Position numbers and translations under genes: made by a program. From NCBI GenBank assembly GCA_964016885.1, contig OZ024741.1:203856001-203920000 (forward strand): a DNA stretch of 64,000 bases, written 5' to 3'. Source of the stretch: Eledone cirrhosa (taxonomy: Eukaryota). Below, piece after piece: positions 10,918 through 23,604 of the stretch. Position 1 is the first letter of the stretch. Every line of letters begins with the position of its first letter. Under the pieces are notes generated by a model that saw nothing but the letters and a program-made list of their open reading frames with translations, had not been told where the DNA came from and ran no database searches.

Positions 10918-13020
10918 GTTCTTTGAGTCTCAGTCACTGATGTTATTTAACTGGAAAGTTTGTTCAAATGAATATCAAGCCACTACCTGCAGCCTCAGAT
11001 ATTCAGGACGTATCGGAGGGTTCTTGCTGTTCCCAGCAAGCATGCCTTTTGAAGTGTTCCAAAAAGCTGGGCGGGACCAATTTTCTTTAACCATCATTGG
11101 AAACTCTTTGAGATAGTACCTAGTGCTCCTATGACAATCGGGACCACTTTGACTTCATGGCAGTTCCAAATCCTTTTTACCTCCCACTTTAAGTCCTGGT
11201 ATCGGTTAATTTTCTCCCTCTCCTTCTCTTGCACTCTCGTGTCGAATGGGCAGGCTACATCCACAATCAGGCACGATCTTTTTCCCTTGTCCAAAACCAC
11301 CAGGTCAGGTCTATTGTGTTCCAGTTTCTTGTCCGTCTGTATCCTAAAATCCCACAGCACCTTCACCTGATCGTTTTCCATCACCGACTCTGGCTTATGC
11401 TCATACCACTTCTCAGAATGTGGTAAATTGTTTACTTTGCATAGGTTCCAGTGGATCACCCTGCCCATCACATCATGTCTCCAGCCTTTATAGTGAGTTT
11501 GGGCTAGGTGTTTACACTCGGATACAATGTGAGCCACAGTCTCCTCTCTCTCTCTCAACAGATCCTACACAGTGGGCTAGCCTCCTCCTTGTAAATATGG
11601 TGTTTCAGCCACTTCGTTTTGACCGCCTGCTCTTGCGCAGCCATATTATTCCTTCTATAGCCTTTTTAAGGTCTCCTCTTTTCAACCAGTTCCATGTCTG
11701 TGGATCTCTAAATTCAGTTTTCTCAAAGAAGGTACTATGAAGGGATTTTTCATGAAGGGTGCTCTTTCTCCTTGTTGTTATTTACTCCTTGGACATCCCT
11801 GGTCTATTGTCCTCTCCTTCAGTACAATTCTGAGCATTGGCTCCCTACTATCAGTCACGTATTTGTGTAGGTTGTTTTTCTCCATCTGAGCACAGTCCTC
11901 TATGCTGATAAGACCTCTTCCACCTTCAGATCTCCTTAAGTAGAGTCTATCGACATCACTCCTCTTGTGGAACATCTTGTAGATAGTCAATAGCTTCCTA
12001 GTCTTCTTATCCATATTGTTTTGTTCAGCAACATTCCATCTCAGAATTCCCTCACTGTACCTAATAATAGACACAGCTCGGGAATTTACTGCACTTATGG
12101 CATTCCTACTGTTCAGATGTGATTTTAATACGCTCCTTACTCTCCGAATGTATTCAGATCTTATCAATTCCTTCATTTTTTTGTTCTTGATGTCATCAGC
12201 CTCCAGAACACCTAAATATGTGTATCCTTCTTCTGTATCAATTTCCTTTATCATCTCACCTCTTGGTACCTGGATTCCGTTGCTTCTGCTCAATTTACCT
12301 CTCTTCATCACAAGGACTCCACACTTACTAATGCCAAATTGCATACATATATCATTGCTGAAAATACGGACAGTGTCAACAAGCACATCCAACTCCTTTT
12401 TCTCACTTTTCGCAGTATAATGGTCAGGGGGATCAGGGCAAGGATAAACAACAGAGGGGACAAACTATCTCCCTGGAAGATACCTCTCTTGATCTTCACG
12501 CCTCCCAAGGATTCTCCGCCCGATGTTAACTCTGTTTTCCAGGACTTCATACTTTTGCTCAACAACTGTCTGATGTTATCTGCCACCTTGAAGATCTCTA
12601 GGCTTTTGGTTATCCAAGAATGAGGCACCATGTCAAATGCCTTTTTGTAGTCTATCCATCCCATGGCAAGACCAGTGTGTCTGCTCCTGCAATTCCTCAT
12701 TACCATCTTATCAATAAGTAACTGGTCCTTTGTACCACGCGACTTCTTTCTGTTCGTCCGGTAACAAGTTGTTTATGTGGAGGTGATGGTAGATCTCCTC
12801 AGACACAACGCTTGTTAACAGTTTCCACATTACGGACAGACATGTGATAGGTCTATAATTGGTAACATCATTACCCTTGATTCGGTCTTTCATTACCAGA
12901 ACTGTGGTGCCTTTTGTCAACCACTCTGGTACCTCACCTGACATCAAGCAGTCATTGAACATGGTTGTCAGTTTCGGGTGGAGGGTTGTTATACTTTTAA
13001 TCCAATACCCCTGCACACCA
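10918..13020 (-). mobile_element. R4/Dong-like A3, 5'-truncated, RT catalytic motif deleted
   Basis: Homologous to A2; 3' end abuts (ATT)n 10894-10917; lacks the LFMDDLK segment at about 12400. Confidence 0.9.
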
Positions 13021-13132
13021 TTGACAGAATCTTCCTTAGTATATGGGCAGTTCCCATTAGTACTATCTTTTGTATTTCTCCTATACGCGGGTTTCCTGGG
13101 ATTTGCGATAAGTAATCATTATTATTATTATT

Positions 13133-13490
13133 GTACTTTGAGTCTCAGTCATTGATGTTAGTTAACTGGAAAGTTTGTTGAAATGAATATCAAGCCACTA
13201 CCTGCAGCCTCAGATATTCAGGACGTATCGGAGGGTTCTTGCTGTTCCCAGCAAGCATGCCTTTTGAAGCGTTCCAAAAAGCGGGGCTGAAAATACGGAC
13301 AATGTCAACAAGCACATCCAACTCCTTCTCACTCTTCCCGAAGAGCTTAAGATCGTCCATGAAGAGGAGGTGATTGATGGTAATCTCTCCCTTTCCCAAC
13401 TTATATCCTGCTCTCACTTTTCGCAGTATAATGGTCAGGGGGATCAGGACAAGGACAAACAACAGAGGGGACAGACTATCTCCCTGAAAG
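13133..13490 (-). mobile_element. R4/Dong-like A4: 3' end joined directly to the RT core
   Basis: 3' end to about 13286, then [19 protein letters not shown]; (ATT)n on both sides. Confidence 0.85.
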
Positions 13491-13508
13491 ATTATTATTA
13501 TTATTATT

Positions 13509-16481
13509 GTTGTTATTCCTTGAATCTCAGTCATTGATGTTGGTTAACTCGAAAGTCCGTTGGAATGAATATCAAGCCACTACCTGCAGCCTCAGATATT
13601 CAGGACGTATCGGAGGGTTCTTGCTGTTCCCAGCAAGCATGCCTTTTGAAGCGTTCCAAAAAGCGTGAAGGGGCCGATTTTCTTTAACCATCCCTGGAAA
13701 CTTTTGGAGATAGTCCCCAGTGCGCCTATGACAATCGGGATCACTTTGACTTCATGGCAGTTCCAAATCCTTTTTACCTCCCACTTTAAGTCCTGGTATC
13801 GGTTAATTTTCTCCCTCTCCTTCTCTTGCACTCTCGTTTCGAATGGGCAGACCACATCCACAATCAGACACGATCTTTTTTCTTTGTCCACAACCATCAG
13901 GTCAGGTCTATTGTGTTCCAGTTTCTTGTCCGTCTGTATCCTAAAATCCCACAGCACCTTCACCTGATCGTTCTCTATCACCGCCTCTGGCTTATGCTCA
14001 TACCATTTCTCAGAATGTGGTAAATTGTTTACTTTGCACAGGTGCCAGTGGATCACCCTGCCCATCACATCATGTCTCCAGCCCTTATAGTGGGTCTGGG
14101 CTAGGTGTTTACACTCGGATACAATGTGAGCCACAGTCTCCTCTCTCTCTCCACAGATCCTGCACAGTGGGCTAGCCTCCTCCTTGTAAATATGGTGTTT
14201 CAACCACTTCGTTTTGAGGGCCTGCTCCTGCGCAGCCATTAACATTCCTTCTGTAGCCTTTTTAAGGTCTCCTCTTTTCAACCAGTTCCATGTCTGTGGA
14301 TCTCTAAATTCAGTTTTCTCAAAGAAGGTACTATGAAGGGATTTTTCATGAAGGGTGCTCTTTCTCCTCGTTGCTTTACTCCTTGGACATCCCTGGTCTA
14401 TTGTCCTCTCCTTCAGTACAATTCTGAGCATTGGCTCCCTACTATCAGTCACGTATTTGTGTAGGTTGTTTTTCTCCATCTGAACACAGTCCTCTATGCT
14501 GATAAGACCTCTTCCACCTTCAGATCTCCTTAAGTAGAGTCTATCGACATCACTCCTCTTGTGGAACATCTTGTAGATAGTCAATAGCTTCCTAGTCTTC
14601 TTATCCATATTTTTTTGTTCAGCAACATTCCATCTCAGAATTCCCTCACTGTACCTAATAATAGACACAGCTCGGGAATTTACTGCACTTATGGCATTCC
14701 TACTGTTCAGATGTGACTTTAATACGCTCCTTACTCTCCGAATGTATTCAGATCTTATCAATTCCTTCATTTTTTTGTTCTTGATGTCATCAACCTCCAG
14801 AACACCTAAATATTTGTATCCTTCTTCTGTATCAATTTCCTTTATCATCTCACCTCTTGGTACCTGGATTCCGTTGCTTCTGCTCAATTTACCTCTCTTC
14901 ATCACAAGGACTCCACACTTACTAATGCCAAATTGCATACATATATCATTGCTGAAAATACGGACAGTTTCAACAAGCACATCCAACTCCTTTTTCTCAT
15001 TTTTCGCAGTATAATGGTCAGGGGGATCAGGGCAAGGACAAACAATAGAGGGGACAAACTATCTCCCTGGAAGATACCTCTCTTGATCTTCACGCCTCCC
15101 AAGGATTCTCCGCCCGATGTTAACTCTGTTTTCCAGGACTTCATACTTTTGCTCAACAACTATCTGATGTTATCTGCCACCTTGAAGATCTCTAGGCTTT
15201 TGGTTATCCAAGAATGAGGTACCATGTCGAATGCCTTTTTGTAGTCTATCCATCCCATGGCAAAACCAGTGTGTCTCCTCCTGCAATTCCTCATTACCAT
15301 CTTATCAATAAGTAACTGGTCCTTTGTACCACGCGACTTCTTTCGGCATCCTTTCTGTTCGTCCGGTAACAAGTTGTTTATGTGGAGGTGATGGTAGATC
15401 TCCTCAGACATAATGCTTGTTAACAGTTTCCACATTGCGGACAGACATGTGATAGGTCTATAGTTGGTAACATCATTACCCTTGATTCGGTCTTTCATTA
15501 TCAGAACTGTGGTACATTTTGTCAACCACTCTGGTACCTCACCTGACATCAAGCAGTCATTGAACATGGTTGTCAGTTTCGGGTGGAGGGATGTTATATT
15601 TTTAATCCAATACCCCTGCACACCATCTGGGCCTGGTGATTTCCAGTTGGTTAGTTTTTTGGCCTGCCCCTTAAGAGTTTCAACTGTGATACTCAAATCA
15701 GTTTGTTGATGTACCTGTTCACCGATCTCCTTCTGTACTGTCTCAATCCACACTGCCTGGTCATTATGTCTAACATCCTGCTCCCATATTCCTCTCCAGA
15801 ATGTTTTAGTTTGTTCCGCCCCCAGGGATCAAGTCGTTGCCTCTTTCTTTCCCCTCAAGCTGTCCAAACAGCATCGTCTGGTTGTTGTCGAACATGCGGT
15901 TCTGTTTATACTGACTGACTCTGTTCTCGTATCGCCTGATTTTTGCACTCTTTGCTACAATGCGTTGCTTCAGTTCCTCTATGATAATATTTAGCTTTTT
16001 CCTCCTAGTTTTGTACTTTATTTCCAGTCTATTTTTAGTGTCTATGTTTTTTAGTGTCCCATTCAGTAGTGACTCAATCTTTCCAATGTCATTTCTCATT
16101 TCCCTGATTTGACCACTCAGTCGTTTCTTCCACCAAGGCTCTGCTCTTTCTTGTCTGTTGTTTCCTCTCGCTTTTATACCAAGTAGTTTCCTCACCGTAT
16201 TTGCTGTTGCTTTGAGGATATTGTTGCACTGGTGAAGGCTCCTCGCCTATGGGATGACTTTGTTTACCTTAGCTGTTGTTTCTTTTAACTTTTTCCTGTC
16301 TACAAATCTTAGGTTCATAGGTCTCCCACTATCATTGTTCAATTCATCTACCACTAAATTTAGGATGTCAACCAAATCTTGTCCTAGCCCGTCAGCATTC
16401 ATCTCCTCAGTGGCCGTATCTCTGTTCCAGGTATTATTTATCTCAGTATTCAGATCATTGTCTGCTTCGGGTGGTTCCTCC
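13509..16481 (-). mobile_element. R4/Dong-like A5, 5'-truncated, RT catalytic motif deleted
   Basis: ORFs 13592..14986, 15160..15753 and 15806..16195; (ATT)n on both sides. Confidence 0.9.
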
Positions 16482-16503
16482 GTTAATTATTATTATTATT
16501 ATT

Positions 16504-17978
16504 GTTATTGTTATTCCTTGAATCTCAGTCATTGATGTTGGTTAACTGGAAAGTCCGTTGGATTGAATATCAAGCCACTACCTGCAGCCTCAGATATTCA
16601 GGACGTATCGGAGGGTTCTTGCCGTTCCAAGCAAGCATGCCTTTTGAAGCGTTCCAAAAAGCGTGAAGGGGCCGATTTTCTTTAACCATCCCTGGAAACC
16701 TTTGGAGATAGTCCCCAGTGCGCCTATGACAATCGGGATCACTTTGACTTCATGGCAGTTCCAAATCCTTTTCACCTCCCACTTTAGGTCCTGGTATCGG
16801 TTAATTTTCTCCCTCTCCTTCTCTTGCACTCTCGTGTCGAACGGGCAGGCCACATCCACAATCAGGCACGATCTTTTTTCTTTGTCCACAACCACCAGGT
16901 CAGGTCTATTGTGTTCCAGTTTTTTGTCCGTCTGTATCCCAAAATCCCACAGCACCTTCACCTGATTGTTCTCCATCACCGCCTCTGGCCTATGCTCATA
17001 CCATTTCTCAGAATGTGGTAGATTGTTTACTTTGCACAGGTGCCAGTGGATCACCCTGCCCATCACATCGTGTCTCCAGCCCTTATAGTGGGTCTGGGCT
17101 AGGTGTTTACACTCGGACACAATGTGAGCCACAGTCTCCTCTCTCTCTCCACAGATCCTGCACAGTGGGCTAGCCTCCTCCTTGTAGATATGGTGCTTCA
17201 ACCACTTCGTTTTGAGGGCCTGCTCCTGCGCAGCCATTAGCATTCCTTCTGTAGCCTTTTTGAGGTCTCCTCTTCTCAACCAGTTCCATGTCTGTGGATC
17301 TCTAAATTCAGTTTTCCCAAAGAAGGTACTATGAAGGGATTTTCCCTTAAGGCTGCTCTTCCTCCTTGATGTTATTTCCTCCTTGGGTATCCCCTGGCCT
17401 ACTGTCCCCTCCTTCAGTACAGCTCTGAGCATTGGCTCCTTACTATAGGTCACGTATTTGTATAGGTTGTTTTTCTCCATCTGAACACAGTCCTCTATGC
17501 TGATAAGACCTCTTCCACCCTCAGATCTCCTTAGGTAGAGTCTATCGACATCACTCCTCTTGTGGAACATGTTGTAGATAGTCAATAGCTTCCTAGTCTT
17601 CCTATCCATTTCTTTTTGTTCAGCAACATTCCATCTCAGAATTCCCGCACTGTACCTAATAATAGACACAGCTCGGGAATTTACTGCGCTTATGGCATTT
17701 CTGCTGTTCAGATGTGACTTCAATACGCTCCTTACTCTCCGAATGTATTCAGTTCTTAACAATTCCTTCATTTTTTTGTTCTTTATGCCATCAGCCTCCA
17801 GAACGCCCAAATACTTGTATCCTTCCTCAGAGTCAATTTCCTTTATCATCTCACCTGTTGGTATCTGGATCCCGTTACTTCTGCTCAACCTACCCCTCCT
17901 CATCACAATGACTCCACATTTACCAATACCAAACTGCATACATATATCACTGCTGAAAATACGGACAGTGTCAACAAG

Positions 17979-17980
<2 letters not shown>
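16504..17980 (-). mobile_element. R4/Dong-like A6, 5'-truncated
   Basis: Open 463-aa C-terminal half (thumb, CCHC, REL); (ATT)n on both sides. Confidence 0.9.

Positions 17981-18051
<71 letters not shown>
17980..18051. repeat. (ATT)24 microsatellite
   Basis: Direct. Confidence 0.95.
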
Positions 18052-18853
18052 GGCGACCTACGTAGGAAATCGTATTATCATGAGCTCCGCAAAGGTTTGT
18101 TGTTTTCAGTTGTTTCAAATTTCCAGTTATGGAAAATTTTTGTTAAGTGTTTATAAGTTCACATATATTGCTTTCTGAAAAGGACACTCAATAATATTGG
18201 GGCCTTGAGCCCAATCTTTAAACTTTTATAATTATCAAACAAAAACTTTCTTTGAAAAAAACATGGACGACTCTCAGCCACACAAAGCTGACAGCCTTCT
18301 TAACAAACCAACATCTTCCACCACCACCACCCCCACCATTGTATACATTATTACGGTTGCCAACACTAAAAATATAAGCAGTGGCATTAATTTAAATTTG
18401 TCACATGCAGACATTCATTTCCGGCCATTACCAATAACTGCAGGTGTTAAAGCCGCCACCCCACCAGCACAATGCCAAAAAGAACAACCACCACCACTAA
18501 TACCACCACCACCACCACAGCGACAACAGAAACAAAAAATAAATTATTATCTCGTGACATCAAAATCTATTCACCCAGAATCGACTCTTCCACGCCGAAC
18601 ACCACTGATACCACCACCACCACCACCACAACTGAAACTAAAAATAACAATAACAACAACAGCAACAACAACAACAATGAGAATAACAACAACAACATCA
18701 ACACCAGCGCAAAACAAAATCTGCCGTTTGCCAAAGCAGCCATGAAAAGCGAAACAATCGAGGTAAGCCAGGATGAATTGAATGAAGCCAAGCGAATGGT
18801 AAAAAAAGATGGGTACAGGGCCAGTCCCCCCCCCCCCCCCTCCATCTAATAAA

Positions 18854-20283
18854 ATGGAGCATCGGCGCCTATGCACCGTGTCATATCGGACGATAAACAC
18901 AAAATCACGCCGAGTGGAACGGGCATCCGAGTCCCAGATACAAAAAGCTTTGGAACATGTGTGGGCGAAAAAAAACCACATCAGACGTGGGCAGAAATAT
19001 GGAACCGTGGATGTGTTCTTTGGAACCCCACAGGAAGCCAGAGAGCACTCCGTGGCCCCATTAAGAAGTGACGACTTCACACTCGTCCCAAGCTATTGTG
19101 GTCAGAGACTCGTGAAGATCAGGGTGACCCACGTTCCGCCGGCCATCGAAATTCCCTGGCTCATGGCTGCCGTCCTCGCCGACATCGGGGCCAATTCGAA
19201 AATAATTGAGTAAACAAAAGAGAAGCAGGACTGGTCTGGATCTGGGATGGAGCTCCTGATCCAAGCGGACCAAAAGAACATTGAGGAAATTCCAGAGGTT
19301 ATAGACCTCAATGACGGTAGCCACCTCACCGTAATCGTTGAAGGTAGAAGGCCTAGGTGTGGCGTTTGTGGCGAAGGAACCCACCTAAAGGCTTTCTGCC
19401 CTCAGGCTAAAAAGTTGAAGCCACCTCTCCTACCAACCCCAGTGACTCAACCATAAAAACCAGCAGCAGAAATGGCAGCAACAACTGTAGCAGCAACAAC
19501 AGAAGCAACTGTAGCAACAACAATCCCAGCAACTGTAGCAGCAACAGTAGCAAAACCAACACCACCACCACCCACCGCGCCAGAATTAGCACCAGCGCCT
19601 CCACCATCCACCACCCCACAACCATAACCAACGCCTATGGAGGATTTTTCCACTCCCCGACCTATTGCAATTGGAGACAGATTGTGACGACGAGGAGGAG
19701 TGGGAAACTGTATCTGGAAAAAAGAAAAAAAAAAGAACCCAAAAAAGAAAAAATCTTCTTCCTTCGCCCTCCAAAAACAAAATGCAGGGGGAAACATAAA
19801 AAAAAACAAAAAAGTTAAGACAGCTATGCCACCACCGACACCAACATCACCAGCCACATCACCACAAACACCAACACCATCACCATTATTAACCCCAACA
19901 CCACCATCGCCAACACCACAAAAATTACCAAAAAGCGAAACAGAAACAAACCCACAACAAACGCAAACAAAATAAAACAACCAAAACGATACACACTACA
20001 CAGATTCGATTTGAACAACCAATTATTACACTACATCCAACACAACACCAGCATCACAGAAAAAGACTACACAACACTCCAAAAATTCCCACCACCTCCA
20101 CACATACAAATCACTCTCATCACACAGAAAACGTACACGGCACTAAAACTAAAATTCACCAAGGACATCGGAGACTTCCGACAAACACTCTCCAGGAGGA
20201 TTTATAAGGACATCCTTCTGGAGGAGGCCACAAGCAGTGAGAAGGATGGAAAAACCATCCTTCCTCTACGGGAAGTGAGGTAA
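18854..20283 (+). pseudogene. Tx1 ORF1 (zinc knuckle), disrupted; start uncertain, possibly 18263
   Basis: Colinear with B3 ORF1; CX2CX4HX4C; stop 36 nt before the ORF2 ATG. Confidence 0.7.
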
Positions 20284-20319
20284 TGTGGTCTTTCCCATCT
20301 TCTTCCACTCCTTTTCAAC

Positions 20320-23300
20320 ATGACCTCACTCAGAATAGGCAGCATAAATGCGCATGGCCTGGGGTCGTCATGGAAGCAGGGCCACCTGCTCAACGACCTC
20401 AGGCCACTAAACATAGATGTGGTTGCCATCAGCGAGACCAGAATCTCCGAAGCACGAGCCTTCGCACCGATCTTCGGCGGCTATGATATGTACGCATCTC
20501 CCAGCCGTCCTGGATCGGGGGAAGGAGTTGTTGTGCTTTTTCAGAGAGGTTTGGATCTCGCCATACGGGCCATCTTCCTGGATCCAGAAGGTAAGTTGGT
20601 GGTGCTGGACGTGACCAGCGGAGACGGGCAAGCTTTCAGGCTAGTGGCCGTCTATGCCCCAACAGAGGCAGGGCGGCCTGATTTCTTCCGGCGTCTGGAG
20701 ACCTATCTTGGAACGTCCCACTCTTTAGTATTAGTGGGCGACTGGAAAGGGATCTCAGACGCTGGGACTGTGTGGGATTAGTGGATAGAGGAGGAGGGTG
20801 TAAAAGCCTCGCAAACCTGCTCAGACGGTTTCAACTGTCTGACAGGTACCGTCTGGATTTCCCGAATGTGCCAATGTGGACATGGACAAACCGCATCAGG
20901 TCATCCAGATATAGGGTATTTTTGTAGGGAAATAGATAGGTCTAACATAGGCTGCCCACATTTCAAAATAGTCGACTACACGGACCACAAATTCGTGATC
21001 TGTGATTTGTGAGGTTGACTTATATAGGCTTCATAGACAGGGACCCGGCTACTGGAAGCTAAACGCGTCATTAACAGCGCGCAAAGCCTACAGAGACCGG
21101 ATTAGCGAACTAGTTAAGAAGGCGTTGACGGGGGCCATCGTCAACAACAGATGGTGGTTTGCTCTGAAAAGAGCGATTAGAATAGAGTCCATTAGGTTTA
21201 GTAAGGCTTTAGCAATAGAGAAAAATAGAGCAGATGGAGAACTAGTTAGAAAATGAGTAAAGGCATCGCTACCGACGTACTTGCGGCGAAATTGGCCCTT
21301 GACCAATTCTTCAATGCAAAGCTCGAAGGCTGCGTTGTCAGAGCTAGGGTGCGTGCTCTCAGACAGAGGGGACGAAAGCCATTCAATGGGCCCGAGTGGC
21401 GGAGGCGCGTCGTGGCAACAAAGCCACAATCCGGTCTTTGGTGGACCACGACAGGCGGATAACATAGATAATTTTAGGCCCATAACTCTGCTAAACACAG
21501 AGTTCAAGATTTTGGCCAAGGTGCTAGCAAAGAGGTTGGCGCTTGTCGTAGGTGGTCTGGTGGGAGAGGCGCAGACATGCGCCATTCTAGACAGGTCCAT
21601 CCACGACAACCTCCACCTCATGCGATACATCGTGGAGAGGGTAGCTAGGGAACATAGCACGGGTGGGTCCTTGATCAATTTAGATCAGTCGAAAGCTTTC
21701 GATAGGGTCAACCATCGTTATCTGGCGGCAGTCCTGAGGGCGGCTGGCTTTGGGCCCGTCTTCAGAGGCTGGATCGCTGCCATGCACAGCGATATCTGCT
21801 CTGTGGTGAGACTGAACGGTCACCTTTCGGAACCGTTCAACATCATGCGCTCGGTCCGCCAAGGATGTCCCCTCTCGTCCTTCTTGTACGTATTAACTCT
21901 CGAGCCATTACTGCACAAACTGGAGACGTTGAGGGGGCTCCCGCGCGAAGTAGGATACGGAAGATCCGTGTCAGCATATACGGAAGATGACACCGTAGTG
22001 GTGTCGAACGCCAAACACATCGAGGCGATCGGCACCACACTAAGAGAATACGAAGCTGTGACAGGAGCAATGATCAACCAGTAAAAGTCGGTGGGCCTGC
22101 AGCTCGGCACCTGGAGAGGCAGGTCCATGCCGTCCAACAGCGTCGTCGGGCGCTGGACGGACGGACCGGTTAAATTGATAGGGGTCTGGTTCGGTTCGGA
22201 ACTCCAGACGGACAAAAACTGGGATGAGGTGACGAGCAGGGTGGCTTCTCTCAACCAGAAATGGGCAGAGAGGAAGCTATCCCTGACAGGTCGCGCGGAG
22301 GTGACGAATGCGTACATCGCGTCCGTCATCTACTACCGCCTGACCGTCGTGCCTTGTCCTAAGCCTCGCCTGACTGCGCTGGAGCGTTTGCTCTTTCGCT
22401 TTTTGTGGAAGGGACGCGCTCCGATGGTCAGGTGGTCCATCTGCTGTAAACACCCGCTACGTGGAGGGCTGGGCATGCCGTGGCTGATGATGCGCAGACA
22501 CGCGCTCAGGCTACGACATCTCCACCTCTTCCTCGACGGTGATCAGGTGTGGTCGCCGTTTTCTAGAAGCGTCTTTCCCCAGCTCGTCTCCTTGACGGAG
22601 CTGCAGTCCTGGGTTAAGCGAAGACCGAGAGGGAGCGCTTGGAGACTGGAATGTCTTCAGGCGCTCACAGTCCTCGACGATTCGGGCAATGTGATCGGTG
22701 GAAACTCCACCTTGGCGTTCTATAGAGGATTAGTGGAGGGGAAGAGTGACGACGTACTTGGGGAAACTCTAGGCGTCGACGAAAATCAACTACCCAATGT
22801 CTTCGGAAGAACTTTCGGGCCGGGGCCTATGGACAACTTCCAGAAATCCCTGGCCTGGCAGTGCTACCGAGGAGCTTTGCCAGTTCTGGATAAACTCTAC
22901 AGGCATGGAGGTGCCGTCAGCCAGGCATGTACGAGATGCGTGCAGGGCGATGAAACCGTCTTGCACGCACTCGTCCAGTGTCCGAGCATTGCTGACTTGT
23001 GGGTTTATGTCGAACACCTGCTGTCGCGTGTAGGAAGGATCCGGCTATCAGCTGAGTCCATCGTGAGGATTGCCCCGCCCTCTTCCTTTAGCTGGGAAGG
23101 GCAGGCAGTTTTTATCTGTCTGGTGGCCATGGCGAAAGAGATAGTATGGTGGACACGTTTGAAAGGGCTGAAGACGAGCACTTACCTCTTCGGTGATGCC
23201 CTGATTAACTTTTTCAAATTTCATTTGAAAAGGAAAATCAGGGTAAAAAGGGAAGTGCTCTCTTCCCAGCATTTTGTTGAAAGATTGGTGAGCGAGGCAA

Positions 23301-23344
23301 GAATAGCCCGAGTGAATGAGCTTACTCTGAGTATGTGCCTGTAA
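20320..23344 (+). pseudogene. Tx1 ORF2 of B2, disrupted
   Basis: APE motifs, DQSKAFDRV, VRQGCPLS, AYTEDD, CTRCVQGDETVLHALVQC; internal deletion near 21456. Confidence 0.85.
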
Positions 23345-23604
23345 ATTGAAGGTGGAAAACTGGGAGAGGGAATTGCCCTGTTGGTCAGGGTCACCGTGGC
23401 TTTTTTAATGGGTTTTCTCCATGATTTTCATCGGAAGTCTCCCCCCTATTGGGGAATATTCTTTTTTTTTGTTACATCCTCTGTATTTGTTTTCTTACAG
23501 GCAGAAATGCCCATTTCTACCGTCCTGTACTGTCCTTAATGTCTTACTTTGTGTAAACCTTTGTGGTTAATAAAGAAAGCATTATTATTATTATTATTAT
23601 TATT

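Larger units (their letters stand above)
18052..23580 (+). mobile_element. Tx1-like element B2, probably full length
   Basis: 5' UTR, ORF1 with RRPRCGVCGEGTHLKAFCP knuckle, ORF2, 3' UTR; (ATT)n at both ends. Confidence 0.88.

Noticed and set aside
1177-17911. Recurrent plus-strand ORFs (e.g. MTIGTTLTSW...) as an antisense gene
   Set aside because: They recur only because the Dong copies are homologous; short and without motifs
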